Source: the human T2T-CHM13v2.0 reference genome, Homo sapiens. From it: 64,000 nucleotides of DNA. The position numbers and the translations under genes are program-made. Shown piece after piece: positions 29,484-46,830 of this stretch. The DNA is taken from assembly GCF_009914755.1 (NCBI RefSeq), contig NC_060928.1; one strand, 5' to 3'. The stretch's first letter is position 1; every line of letters begins with the position of its first letter. The notes beneath the pieces were generated by a model. It had not been told where the DNA came from. It made no database searches and was given only the letters and a program-made list of their open reading frames with translations.

Positions 29484-31829
29484 AAATGCTCATGTAGCTA
29501 GCATGACTTGGACTTGAATACAGGTAGTCCAAGTAGTCAAGAACTATAAAATGAGGATAATAGTAGTTCTTATCTCATAGAATTATTGAGTGAGGATTAA
29601 ATAAATGAATACATACAAATTAGAAAAATACCTGGCAAAGAATGAGTATTATACACCTTATCTCTAAGTATTATTTTTAGAATGTATTTTTAGAAGAATT
29701 ATATTATTAACTATTATTGACTTTGGTAAACCATAACTATTACAGATTCATAATCATCAAAAGAAAATAAATACACATGTATTTCATTCTCTTAAGTACT
29801 CTGTTCTATTCTTTATAATCATTTATAAGCACAAATAATTTTATTTTAAAAATATTATCTCAATTATGTTTACTCTTTATCTCAATTATTTTACTTTTTA
29901 AGCTGTATCTAGTCCTTTGGGGAGCAAGGTAGGAGATAAGTGAACAAAAAATTGTGTACTGTAGAAAAGTTGGGAACTATGAGTAATAATGAAGAAAATA
30001 AAACCATCCAGAGTCCCATTTTCTAGAATATCTGTTAATATTATTATAGTTTATTTATTTGCACATTTTTCCTGAGCTTGCTTTTGTATGTTTGAGATCA
30101 TAGTATATCTCCTTTACTCATTTAATATTATACTATAAGCCTGTGACCCAGAACATCTCTTACATTATTTTTAAAAGTCAATACATTTTGAAAGATTTCT
30201 TTTTGGTGGGTAGAGTCAAAGTTTATTTTTTAATTAAGACTATCAATTAGCAAAACTCTCTTCTTTAATAAATTCATCAAATGACTGAAATGGTATTATA
30301 TACACTTGATATTTGTAGAGGAGGGCTGAGTGACATTTTTGGATGTCTTAGGCTGAATTTCCCAAAAAGTATCTTAAATAATATTATATTTTCTAGATTT
30401 ATTCTTTGAAATGACATCACTAATCATTTAAAAGAATAGTCTATTATATTGACAGCAAATAAAAAGAAAATCTATGTTCACTGTCACTAGTTTGTTGACC
30501 ACCTCTTGTGTTTCTTACCAGAACTTGACTTCATGAGCTTCCTATTCACCTAAGGAGTGGTGGATGGCTGGTAAAATTGAGTATATGCCCAAGCCAGTAT
30601 TGATGGAATAAAAATGGCTTCAATACAAGGCCTCTATTAACATGTATTCTGTTTTCCTCACAAATTTATGGAATTTTTCCACCAAACATATGCATATCTG
30701 AAATTCAAATTGAGTGCACCTTACCTCATGCTCTCCTCCGTACCTCTAATGAGGTGGAAAAATGTACATTAATGACAGAAAGTTATTTAGTGCTGAACAG
30801 AGTTAATTGCTTCTAATCACTGCTTACATCCATGTGGTTTTATGGTAGACAACAAACCTCTTCATTGGGTTTGCTCATTAGACATATTGTAAATCACAGA
30901 GATGCACTGGCATCTTGCATATTGTGCTTCTATTAGTGAGGCAGCATTTTCCTATAGCCCCAGTGGCAGGCTTTGGGATGCAGATCAACTTGTCTGTGTT
31001 CTGTTAGAACTGCAGGGAGTCCTGGTGAACTGGCCTCCTAGGCTCATTTGGAAGGCAATGGAAAGCTACTATCTATCAAACTCTAGATGAAAAGCTGTGA
31101 AAGAGCTGCCAGAGACTGGGATAGCAGATACCTTTGCCATGATTTTAGGTGGTAATATTGGTGACTATCTCATTTTCCCCCAAAAGCTTGGGGTTAAAAC
31201 TTCCTTCTACTACTATTATTTGGCAGAGTAAACAGAAAAAGGATTGTATGAACAAAAAATCAAGGTTTAAAACAGAGGTAGATGCAATCTTTAATCTTGT
31301 GTCTAACACTAATAGCTTCTTAAATTGTAAAGAGTCAAGCAATGTTTTATCAGAATTTTGGGAAGATCAAAGGAAAAATATAAGCACATGAATTATTATA
31401 GTGAATAGCTTTATCATACCAAAATTACACTTGAGCTAAACTAATTAAGATGCTGTGGTGTAACTGTGCCATTAGCTGATATCAGTTGATGATAAAAGAT
31501 TTAGAAAATTCATATGGGAAGTAAGACCTGCAAATTTTGTGACAATGTAGAACATTTGACAGGATATTATAATTACCATAATATCTTACATTGTAGGTAA
31601 TTTTATCAGTTAAACAAGAAATAATCCCTAAATCTTAAAAGAGAGAAGAGGAAGAAACAAAGGGAGGGAAGGAAGAGAGAAGGAAGGAAGAAATAATACA
31701 TGTGTAGAAGTGTCTGATATTACTTTTCCTTTTTTGGTGCTTGCCTAATTCCTTCCCATTAAGGTAAATGACTTTAGAGGGAGGTAACTAAGTCATGAAG
31801 GGTGCAGAATTTAAAACTGAATAGTAACC

Positions 31830-31950
31830 TAGGGATTATCTGGTAATATATACTCTCCTCATTTCATAAATGACATAACTGAGGCCCAGAAAGATTGAGT
31901 TGTCAAAGATAGGTCAAACAGTTACTTTCATGGCAGCAGTGGGGTCAGAG
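31830..31950 (-). mobile_element. MIR fragment
   Basis: CTCATTTCATAAATGACATAACTGAGGCCCAGAAAG. Confidence 0.6.
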
Positions 31951-33369
31951 AATACAGATCAGTATCATGTGTCCTCACTCAGCTAGACATCCATTAATTT
32001 GTAATCAAAATTAACAATATAACTTAAACATGTATGTAATGTGCTCCCCACCTTCATATTCCCCATTTTTGTACTTTATTTAGGAAAGAAGGAAGTGACA
32101 AATAAGTTAGTTTTTTTTTTTTTGGTTGGAAAAACAATTTAGACAACATAGTCTATGGTGACTATATATTTAGCTGTATTTTTACATATACAACTCCATA
32201 AAATACTAAAAAGCTTTCTGAGTCATTAAAGGTTTGTGAATTTTGAAGTACATTTAGGTCTAATTTAAAACCTAATAAAACCAAGAGTTATTAAAATTGA
32301 TAACTCACATCTGTCATATATGATAACTATTAGTCCAAATACTTTATTACCTATCAGGAGTATAAAAGTGAAATTTCACCATAGTTCAATTTTTTGGAGT
32401 AATTATCCCAACCTCAATTCTGCTATTTTTTAATATTTTAATGTCTAGATTGAAATGGATTTCTATGTCTTCTTTGCTTCTTCTGTTACCTTTACAATTG
32501 AGGTGTAATTGAATAAAATCAACCTGATTTCAAATTACTTTGGAAAGATTTTCAACATAGCTACAATCTTGGTCTCAGGATTTTGCTTAGATTCTTTAAG
32601 GATCAAGAGATGTATATGCTGAATTCAATTCATATCAATGGTCTTCTTTTAATTCTGTACTACCATGCAAAATTTTTGCACTTTAGCAAAATATTCAGAG
32701 ATGTTCACTTTTATTACACCTTTTTTGTTGAAAAATATTCACAGTATATACATATATAATACATGATATATAACATATATACACATGTAAATATAGAATT
32801 AAATCATTAAGAAACATATTTATAAATGGGTTATGCCCTTTTACTTTTTTAAGTCCCTACAATATTTTCTTTATAATCTGATTTGATTTGACTTTAAATT
32901 GAAACAAGATTTTAAAAACTGTTTTGGAAGTGTTTTTTCTCTCCTTCCACATCTTTAGCATTCAATATGAGTGGAAGGCCAATATGAGCTTGGTCGATTG
33001 GATGAGGGTTAAATGAAGAGTAGTCATTATTTCCATTGCTTTAATTATGCCATCCTCACCATGATGGACCTTGCTCCATTTCCCTCCAGTAGACCTGACA
33101 GACTATAACTGACCTAATTGATACCAGATGACAGCTCAAATAAGGCCTAATAAAGAAGTAATCACACTGATCTAATGAGCAAGCTGTTATGATATTGGCT
33201 TATAGAAAGCTGTTTTTTAATCCCTCCATTTTTCTTTTATTATCCGTAACCACTATTCTCAATCTCCTTTTCTGTGATTCTAGAATCGAAGGACTAAAAT
33301 GGACCTTAGGGGAAACATAAGCTTGATTTCCTGTTATTTGTGCTATATGATATGCATTGACATTTTTTT

Positions 33370-33862
33370 CAACTCTTAAATATAGAAATGCCAAACAAAC
33401 TGAAAAGTTGAAAGACTAATACAATGATCACATATATACCTCCATTTCACATTCAGTCATTATAAATATTTTGCTATATTACTTTGTATTTATATGTATA
33501 TATACATTTTTTCTGAACCATTTGGAAGTAAGTCACATGTATCACAACACTTCATCCCTGAATGAATATTTTCAACATATATTCCTTTAAAATAAACCAT
33601 TCTCCTACATAAGCATAATAGTAGCAGCAAATTAACGATAATATCTGGTCTATGTTCAAGTTTCTCCAACTGTCCCCAAATATCAAACCATATCCAACCA
33701 ATATTTCATTAGTTTTTGAGCCTTGCTTTGCTTTCTAACATAATAAACTATTTTGAGCTCACCTTGTACTTTCTTGTCCTATGTGCGAAGTCAGCCATTG
33801 TCCCAAGAAGCCTAGGAGTAAGATCTGGGCTAGCATGCTCATTGCTACAAGACTGTCATTAC
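33370..33862 (-). mobile_element. Ancient L1MC-like 3' remnant; continues past the Alu and L1PA2 to about 37800
   Basis: TTTTTCTGAACCATTTGGAAGTAAGT...CATTCTCCTACATAA...AGCCATTGTCCCAAGAAGCC. Confidence 0.55.
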
Positions 33863-33870
33863 TTCTGTGA

Positions 33871-34254
<384 letters not shown>

Positions 34255-34454
34255 TAGTTACATTTCAAATGTAATATAGGATTTTCTTAACTTTTAAGAT
34301 ATATATAAATAATATATGTGATTATATATAATCTTTATGCTGAATGTCTGAAAGTCTTGGTACCTAATAGTATTAATTTGTTTAATTGCATTTTTCTATA
34401 ATACGCATAAAATATTTTCTAAATTACAACACCAATATTGTATCTAAATCAAGT

Positions 34455-37430
<2,976 letters not shown>

Positions 37431-38524
37431 AAGATTTCTCTACCAGTTGCTATTTTTCTTTTTAGAGTATATCCCGCCTAGGAGGTATAGCCAGAGTATT
37501 GTGCTCAAAAGTCACTTGAAATAATTTTTTTTTTTTGCATGGTTATGTTACTGATTTGAGTACATGAACAGTTAGATTTATTTGCTTTCAATTTTGGGGT
37601 TTGCTCCTTTATCTAAATATATGTTTTGTGTGAAAAGATTTACATGGTTCAAAAGTCTACATATATATGACAGTATGCATAGAAATTCTCACTTTATTTT
37701 TATATCTCTCACTATATTTCTCTCAACTTCAGCCACTGTAGATAACAATTTTAGTTTCTGTTTTATCCTTTCAGTATTTTCTTATGTAAAAATAAGCAAA
37801 CAACTCTTCATAGGGTACCAATTCTTCTGCACTTTGAGGTTGCACATACATTTATGAATGGCAGGGTTCTAGATCTGGAAGTCTAAGAACCACAGGGCGG
37901 TAGTCAAGAGTCACCAGGTATATGTGTGAAATGAGAGGTAAAGCATGTTCAGCAGGCAAGAATCTGAAAGGATGTGGCTCCAGGTGACATAATTCCAAGG
38001 GCGGCCACTGCTACAGGCACTAGCTATTGCTAGTGTCACTGGGGTCAAGAGGCAAGTCACAAAATTCAATCCACTACCAATCTCAAAAATCTTCAGTATA
38101 AACAACATAAGCCCTTTTTCTGTTCATGTTGCTGCTTCAATAACATCTACAGTTCTTGCTCACGTGGTGTTCATAGTTTAGTGGCAGCAACAGAGTTACG
38201 TAATTACGTGATGATTGAACCAAGGCAAACAAATAAGTACACTAAACATGATTCTATGATTCTACAAAAATGTAAGACAAAAAAAGCAACCAACCAGACA
38301 AACAATATAAACCTGACTTGGACTGGGGCCTTCTGAGAAGTATTTGCTGAGAAAGAGACAGGAACAGAGATCAGAGGGGTGATTTGGTGCTAATAATGTG
38401 AAAGTGGAGGCTGGAGAAGTGAGTGCTCCAGAGAGAGGGAGCAATATGTTATGAAGGGATTGTGGTGAGTCTGAGCAATGTATATGATAGAATTTTGAGA
38501 GATGAAGAATGGGACAAAATAATA

Positions 38525-39037
38525 CTGGGATCAGATGAACAAGGTCAACGTCAACAGTGATCAATCATGTTGCTAGTATAGGATGAAAATGGCATTTTCC
38601 CACTGTAGTCTTTCTAAAAATTCACAGCCCTGGACTAATCATGCAAAAAATATCAGACAAATTGAAACTGAAAGATGGTTTACAAAAGATCCGACCAGTA
38701 CTTCTCAAAATTGTCAAGATCATGAAAAACAAGAAACTTCTGAGCACTTGTCATAGTCAAGAGAAGCTTAAGAGATAGGACAACAAAATATATGGTGGTT
38801 TGCTGAGTGGGATCCTGGAATAGTGAGAGGACACTAGGAAAAAAAATAAGGAAATCAGAATATAAACTTTAGCTAATATTATATCAATATTAGTTTATTA
38901 ATTGTAACAAATGTACCATACTAATGTAAGATATTAAAAATAGGGGAAACTCAATGTGGGGTAGATGGAAGCTATGTACTGTTTTTGCAATTTTCCTGTA
39001 AATATGAAACCATTAAAAAAATCAGTTTATTAAAAAG
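38525..39037 (+). mobile_element. L1MC1/2-like 3' end within L2 remnants
   Basis: GTACTTCTCAAAATTGTCAAGATCATGAAAAACAAG...AAATGTACCATACTAATGTAAGAT. Confidence 0.75.
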
Positions 39038-39929
39038 TATGCTAGAGGGGTGGTGGTTGGGGGCTGGACCTTGCAGGACCTCATAAACTGTTTTAAATTT
39101 TAGCGAAATACACTTACTTTAAGAGCTGTGATTTTTTTAAACGGATGGATTACATTTTACCTTACGTAAAGTGTCACTGTGGCTGAGGTGCCAAGCACTG
39201 AATGGCAAGTGTGGATGCAGGACATTCAGTTTTAAAGCTCTTTTAATATTCTTGGCAAGAGATGATGGTAACTTGAACAAGGATCAGGCAGTGGAGAGAG
39301 CATGGCGTAATCAGAGTTGGTATCAAGTTTGTGGGTAAAATTACAGCAGTGGTAATTTGACACCACTTAAAATTATGGGTTTAAGAGAAGAAGCAACACA
39401 TTTAATCTTATGTCTGCCACTGAGCCAGGTCACATTTTCTGGCCTAGAGGACTTAGTGAGTTAAAAGGGAAGTCTTCTTTTCCTTTAAGTCTGGAGTCTT
39501 ACTTTCTGCTCTTTGGTGAGTAGAAGTAGTTGGCTTTTCCAAATCTGCAGGGGAATAAGTTAATTGCTTCTAGTTAATACAGATTATAGGCTGCAGGCAT
39601 AGGGGGATCTCCCGTTAAAAAGCTGCCGGCAAACTGGTCAATTGTCAATCCATCTCTGTCTTATAGCATCTTATAAAAATATCAAGCAACTGTCAACACA
39701 CACATTCTGCCCTTTTCAATGGTTTGCCCCCATACTATAGATTCTGTGGAAAAGTTATATCCTTCCCAAGTTAGCTCATGTCAGTTTTATGGAATATTTT
39801 ACCATAGCATCACCAGAGTTATCAGCTTTCCAAATTTCAAAATCTGCATGTGTAAGAGTGTGTGTGTGTGAGTGTGAGTGTGTGTTTTGCCACTAAATTC
39901 TTGAACACTAAGTGAATGCCACATATTTC

Positions 39930-40187
39930 AAGATGGGTAAGCAGCTCTGCTCCATGAGATCATTCATGGACCCAGGTTCTCCATCCTGTTGTTCCCCCAT
40001 TCCTTAGGTTGTGCTGTCTCAGATCTTCATTGGCTTTTCATCTACAGAAGCAGAAAGAGAGAGAGTTGAGGTCAAGGACTTTCCTTTTAAGAAAATAGCA
40101 TGAAAGTTGCACACATCTCTTCTGATCATCATGCGTCCAGAGCTAGCTGTAGGGAGGCTTTAGTGACCATATGCCCAGCTAAATCTT
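39930..40187 (-). mobile_element. Old MLT1-family LTR remnant (host of the L1PA5 insertion)
   Basis: GCTCTGCTCCATGAGATCATTCATGGACCCAGG...AAGTTGCACACATC...TGCCCAGCTAAA. Confidence 0.45.
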
Positions 40188-41194
40188 TTTCTTTTTAATA
40201 TATATATTTTTTATTATACTTTAAGTTCTAGGGTACATGTGCACAACGTGCAGGTTTGTTACATATGCATACACGTGCCATGTTGGTGTGCTGCACCCAT
40301 TAACTTGTCATTTACATTAGGTATATCTCCTAATGCTATCCCTCCCCCCTCCCCCCACCCCACAACAGGCACCAGTGGGTGATGTTCCCCTTCCTGTGTC
40401 CAGGTGTTCTCATTGTTCAATTCCCACCTATGAGTGAGAACATGTGGTGTTTGTTTTTTTGTCCTTGCAATAGTTTGCTGAGAATGTTGGTTTCCAGCTT
40501 CATCCATGTCCCTACAAAGGACATGAATTCATCCTTTTTTATGGCTGCATAGTATTCCATGGTGTATATGTGCCACATTTTCTTAATCCAGTCTATCATT
40601 GTTGGACATTTGGGTTGGTTCCAAGTCTTTGCTATTGTGAGTATTGCCGCAGTAAACATACGTATGCATGAGTCTTTATAGCAGCATGATTTATATTCTT
40701 TTGGGTATATACCCAGTAATGGGATGGCTGGGTCAAATGGTATTTCTAGTTCTAGATCCCTGAGGAATCGCCACACTGTCTTTCACAATGGTTGAACTAG
40801 TTTACAGTCCCACCAACAGTGTAAAAGTGTTCCTATTTCTCCACATCCTCTCCAGCACCTGTTGTTTCCTGACTTTTTAATGATCGCCATTCTGACTGGT
40901 GTGAGATGGTATCTCATTGTGGTTTTGATTTGCATTTCTCTGATGGCCAGTGATGACAAGCATTTTTTCATTTTACCATCAGAGTGAACAGGAAACCTAC
41001 AGAATAGGAGAAAATTTTTGCAATCTACTCATCTGACAAAAGGCTAATATCCAGAATCTACAAAGAACTCAAACAAATTTACAAGCACAAAACGAACAAC
41101 CCCATCAACAAGTGGGCGAAGGACATGAACAGACACTTCTCAAAAGAAGACATTTATGCAGCCAACAGACACATGAAAAAATGCTCATCATCAC
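40188..41194 (-). mobile_element. L1PA5-like LINE-1, about 1 kb, 5'-inverted (40974-41194 in + sense)
   Basis: Antisense 3'UTR and ORF2 end, switch of orientation at about 40972; TSD TGCCCAGCTAAATCTT at 40172-40187 and 41195-41210. Confidence 0.95.
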
Positions 41195-42089
41195 TGCCCA
41201 GCTAAATCTTGACTTCTATTGAAGAAGTGAAGGATGGATTTTGTAAGCCAACCAGCAGCCAAAGGAGACTAAGAGGAGTCATTCAGGAATATGAGGGTTA
41301 TGAAGACAGTGGTGTCCCAGAAACCAAGGAGAAGAGGATGTTGCATGAAGAAGGAGATGATGGTTTCACTTTGGTTACATTTATCCAAATGCCCCGTCCA
41401 ACTCTTCAGTGTCCCTAGTAAAATCTGGTATAGAGATGGACAGTGTTTTTTAGGTGAGGCCTGCTGAGTGTGGAGAGTTGTGAAAAATTTTTCCCTTAAA
41501 TTGAGAATGTTTTAAATAATGCAGCCTATGTTTTCTTTAAGTAACAAGGCCATCCCACTGACTCACACTGATCTTGTTCTCAGCAAAAAACTCCCTGCTC
41601 TTCCTCATATTAATTGCCATAAAAACAAGTCCCTTCTATCATGCATTAGGCTCATTGAGTTATGAAAATATGTAGGTATTTCGTTTCTTTTTATGTAAAT
41701 TTATGCTGGTTTTAGTCCATCATTTGAAGTCCAGAAGTCTTCTGGAACTTAACTGTGTCTGTATTAGTTGTCTTTTCCATCTTGTGGTTTATGGTAAAAT
41801 TAATAAAAGGCCTTGCAAACCAGTAACAACAGCTGCCGTTTACTGTGTGCCTATTGCTCAATGCCTGTTGATAGAGTCCACTGGGGTGCTGGCTGGCTGC
41901 CCTCTCATTTAATTTTTGAACATTCTCATAAGGTCATTTTGTTTGTTTGTTTTCTGGCCTGAGTATTGTATTAATTACATAAAAGAAAACTTTGGGGAAA
42001 TATTGTTAATTTTTGACAGGATTTTCCAACACTAATACTAGTACTGTTATTACAGCTACCATACAACTCTGACCACTAAAGAATTTTTG

Positions 42090-43185
42090 TTTTTAAGAAT
42101 TTGGAAATTATTTTATTATGATATCATTTATGTACATTAAAATTCATTCTCATTGGTGCACAGTTCTATTTGTTTTGACAAGCTCACACAGTCATGTAAC
42201 CATCACCACAATCAAAATATAGAACAGTTTTAATAACAATTTCTTTATGTTCTTTATAATCATACCTTCCCTCACCCACTTTATGTCCCTAACATTTTGC
42301 CTTTTCCAAAAATGGAACATAAATTGAATTATATTGTATGTAGCTTTTTGTGTCTGGATTGTTTCAGGGTAATGCATTAAGATTTGCCCATGTTTCTGTG
42401 TGCCTTAGTAGTCTATTCCTTTGCATTGCTGAGGAGTACCCATTGTATGGAGGTATCACAGGTGTTTTATCCACTATTTGGAGAATATTTGGTTTGTATT
42501 TAGTTTTGGACAGTTATGAATACAGTTTCTATAAACATTCATGTACCATTTTTTGTATAAACATCAGTTTTTATTTCTCTTAGGTAAATACTTACTAGTA
42601 GAATTACTGAATTATATGGTATGTATGTTTGTTCAAACATGTGAAAAACGACCAAACTGTTTTCCAAAGTAACCATTCTATTTTTCAGTCTCACAGCAAG
42701 TAGGAACATTCTAGTTACTTTATATGCTTACCAGTCTTTTGTCAAATATATGATTCACAAATATTTTCTCCCAGTCTATGGCTTTTCTTTTCACTTTATT
42801 AATAGTGTCTTTCGTAGTGCAGAAGTTTTTTTTACAAAGTCCAATATAGCAACATTTTCTTATATAAATTGCACTTTTGGTGTTATATGTAAGAAATCTT
42901 TGCCTAATCCATGATTACACTGATTTTCTCCTATTGTCTCTTTCTAGAAATTCTATACTTTTATATTTTACATTTTAATATATGATGCATTTTGGGTTTT
43001 TTTATATAGCAGGAGATATGAGTTGATATTCATCTTTTACATGTGAATATTCAGTTTTTCCAGTACTATTTCTTCAGAAGACTCTCCTTGTCAATTAAAA
43101 TACCTCTGCTCTTTTGTCAAAAATAAATGAAGTTTATATAAGTGGGACTATTTCTGGACTGTCTGATCTATGTATCTATTTTGTA
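42090..43185 (-). mobile_element. Ancient L1M (L1MC/ME-like) 3' fragment
   Basis: CATGTAACCATCACCACAATCAAAATATAGAACA; AAGAAATCTTTGCCTAATCC. Confidence 0.7.
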
Positions 43186-43399
43186 AAGTAGATTTTAATG
43201 TATGTATTATATAGATGAGAAAATTAGTTTCAAAGAGGTTAAGTAACCTGCTCAACATCATCTTAGATACACACGAGTTAAGATTAGTCAATGAACTCAT
43301 AAAAATGTTTTTGAGTATTAGACCTACACTCACTTTCACTCTGCTTTTACTCACCACTGGATCCAGCTTTGAGGGTTTCAGTGATCCATTGGTCTGTAT

Positions 43400-43655
43400 T
43401 TAATAATAATAATATCTAACATTTAGTAAATTTTTGCTATGTGCCTGGTATGATATTGAGTTCTTTGTGTGTGCCATATTGTTTAAGCATCACTTCACCT
43501 CTTTAGAGAGGCTACTATTATGCCTTGTCACAAGATAGAAGTGGGGCATAGAGATATTATATGACTGCCTTGAGGTCATGGGGCTTCTAAATAGGAGAGC
43601 TGAAATTTGAACTCAGGTCCTCCCACTTGCTCTTAACCATTATACTATTCTGCCA
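43400..43655 (-). mobile_element. MIR
   Basis: AATAATAATATCTAACATTT...GCTATGTGCCTGG...GAAATTTGAACTCAGG...GCTCTTAACCATTATACT. Confidence 0.75.
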
Positions 43656-43757
43656 ATGGAAAGTCTAACTGTGAAACAAATCAAGATGCTGCCACATTTA
43701 TTGGTACCTAGTCTATATTTTCTATTGTATCTTTATGGATTTTTAAAAAGATTTTAT

Positions 43758-44202
43758 TCTTTCGATAGTTTACTGAGAATGATGATTTCCAATTTCATCT
43801 ATGTCCCTACAAAGGACATGAACTCATCATTTTTTATGGCTGCATAGTATTCCATGGTGTATATGTGCCACATTTTCTTAATCCAGTCTATCATTGTTGG
43901 ACATTTGGGTTGGTTCCACAGTAAACTATCGCAAGAACAAAAAACCAAACACCGCATATTCTCACTCATAGGTGGGAATTGAACAATGAGAACACATGGA
44001 CACAGGAAGGGGAATATCACACTCTGGGGACTGTTGTGGGGTGGGGGGAGAGGGGAGGGATAGCATTGGGAGATATACCTAATGCTAGATGACGAGTTAG
44101 TGGGTGCAGCACACCAGCATGGCACATGTATACATATGTAACTAACCTGCACATTGTGCACATGTACCCTAAAACTTAAAGTATAATAATAAATAAATAA
44201 AT
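43758..44202 (+). mobile_element. L1PA3/2-like LINE-1, about 445 bp, 5'-inverted (inverted 43758-43918; sense 43919-44202)
   Basis: Young 3'UTR with (TAAA)n tail; TSD AAAAAGATTTTAT at 43745-43757 and 44203-44215. Confidence 0.95.
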
Positions 44203-45399
44203 AAAAAGATTTTATATAAAGTCTTTTAGCATTGAATCTATGTCCACATTTATCTCCTAATTTTTGATTCCTACAAAAAGAAACCTCACACAAGCACATA
44301 AATGCATAAGTACTATGAGAGTTGCTTATGAAAGATAGCTAAAAATGAGGTTGGTCTTTTTGTGAAGAAATTATCAGACAGATCAGAGTGTCATTTTGAA
44401 GTTCACAACAGAGACTGCTGCCCTGACATTGGCCTTGTTTGTTAGATTCATTTGCAGTAATAACTAAAGGAGTTTTTTTTGCTTTCTTATCTGTTGTTTA
44501 ATATCAATTCTTCTGGTCCTGAATATTAAGGCCATGTGAGACGATACTCTTAACAGAGAAAGTGCTCAAGAACTTTGAGACTCATTTGGAACTGGAAAAT
44601 TATTTAATAGCCCCAGATCCATAGTTCTACTCTCCCATTGGAATTAGCTATCCTAAAAAAACCTTCCTTGACTCCCAAAATTTTATTAGAGCCCCCTGTT
44701 CAATATTATCATAAGACCTTTACTTTCTTATCAACACTTTGCACATTTTGTTTATCTTCTTATTTAATGTGTATCTTCTCTAAAACACTTCATGAGAGTA
44801 GGAATGTATCTGTGTTGTCAGAGTTTAGTACAATGCCTATACATATTAAATGTTCCAGAAATGTGTTTCAACAGACAAACTGACATAGAGAGCAATTGGG
44901 GCCAGTAATTTAAATGGCTTCTTCAATACTTTTTCAAGAAAGACTAATTCTTGGAAACGGTTTGTTATTCTAGAAGAAAGAAACCTACTGGTTTGGCAGA
45001 GTGATAGTCTAATAAATAGGTAGAATTAGCAATTTTCCCCTGGTGAAACAATGAGGGAGAAGATTGGGAAGAGAGGAAACTGCTAGTGGAAGAGGTACTG
45101 GATTGGCCTTTAATTTCTTTACAATACTAAAAAGGATATTTCAGAGAAAGTTGTCCTCCCTAGTTACACTGGAAAACCTCAGAATTTTTTATCCTCTCAC
45201 TTCAGAATCCTCACAACAAAATCCTGTGTCAATAGATTGCAAAACAGCATAGCTGGTAGCAGGGACACAGCCTTTTCCAAAAAGGTATTGGTCCTTTTTG
45301 AAACTGTGCCAACTTATACCTTGAAAAATTATATGAATCCCTAAAAGGAGTCCCACATTTTCTAGTGGAGGAGTCAGGTGGACCACAGCTGAAAGTATT

Positions 45400-46045
45400 A
45401 ATCTTTTTAGCATAAAAAAGGGACAATTAGATAATATGTGCATCCTAATGAGATACAGTAGGGAGACAAAACATATAATTTATATGTTTTATTATTGTCA
45501 AAAATAATGAAACCTAAATGTGACCAAGCTTCTAGATCCACCACCAGTTTACAGGAAATACAAGGCAAAAAGGAACTTGTAATAACACCATGGGGATGCA
45601 TTCGGCAAAAATCCTGAATATGGAACATTTTCTAGGACAAATCATTCATATATATATATGCATACACACATATATGTATATACACATATATATGATATAA
45701 TATATATGACATAATGAGATGTTTGACCAATACATGAATATTTAGTGACATTAAAAATTTATTAATTTTTAAGATTATGATAATGCTATTACAACTCTGT
45801 GTGCTTTCTAACAGATTTCTTATCTTTTGGATAAATGTTTTTGAAGAATTTATGGATGAAATGATATGATGTCTGAGGTTTGTTTGAATAATCCACACTG
45901 GGCACAGTATTGTTGAGGTTTAGATAAAACAAGATTGGACACATATTGATAGTTGCCTAAACTGGGACTAAGTACATGGTATAAATAATTCTTCTCTGCT
46001 TTTGTGTATGTTTGAAAATTTCCATAATAAAAGTTTTTTTTAAAT
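45400..46045 (+). mobile_element. L1MC4/5-like 3' end
   Basis: CTAGATCCACCACCAGTTTACAGGAAATACA...TTTGTGTATGTTTGAAAATTTCCATAATAAAA. Confidence 0.7.
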
Positions 46046-46629
46046 CATCAAAATAATGATTATACATTTGAAAATTTTTCTTTAGCTCCAAAACAACTGT
46101 TCCCTTTCCCACAACTCTCTCTAGTTGTGTTTTCTTTCTAAAATGTTGTGGCATGGCATTGAAACACATAATGCCTTCCATAACAACCCAAGTTTCTTTC
46201 CTATGTTAATGCTCACAGCATTCTTCAGAAGCACATAAAGCTTCATCCACATGTTAAAAACAACAGTTTGTTGGCTTTCACATTTATGCAGCAGATACCT
46301 GGGAAAGCCAGGAATAGAATCCAGTTCTTTGGTCTCTCAATCAAGTTCTCTATCCACTTGTTTAGGTTACTACTATGTTGTGAGCCAAATGAATCATGTA
46401 AACTCCCAAATCCTTTAGGTTCCTGGCATATCATATGAAATGAGAATTTGTTCATGAGGGATAACATCTGTTAAAGAGACCTTTGTATAATATTTGACAG
46501 CCCCAACATTCCTTGAATGCTTGACAACTGCCATGGGGATAAAACTGAGCATAGCACTAGAACAGTCAACTCTAGATTGAGTCATGCTCTGTTTGCCTCA
46601 CCACAAATTATTATTTATTTTTCACAGGG

Positions 46630-46830
46630 AAAACAGTATAATAGAGTAAGAAAAAACATGGATTCAGATACTAGTTCTACTGCTAACTTTTATGGCCCAG
46701 GAAAATTCTTTGTCCTATGTTAGCTTATTCTGTAAAATGGTTATAATAATATCTACCTCATAAAGTTGATGGTGGGGATTAGATGAGAAAATATATAATA
46801 AGTACCTAGTACAATGTCTGCCACGTGTCT
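46630..46830 (+). mobile_element. MIR
   Basis: CTGTAAAATGGTTATAATAATATCTACCTCATAAAGTTG...GGATTAGATGAG. Confidence 0.65.

Noticed and set aside
29857-29900. About 22-bp imperfect tandem duplication TATCTCAATTAT(G)TTTACT
   Set aside because: Common slippage product in AT-rich DNA
30519-30567. Possible 49-nt minus-strand exon (ttttaccag| ... CTG|gtaaga)
   Set aside because: Good donor but weak pyrimidine tract; not distinguishable from background
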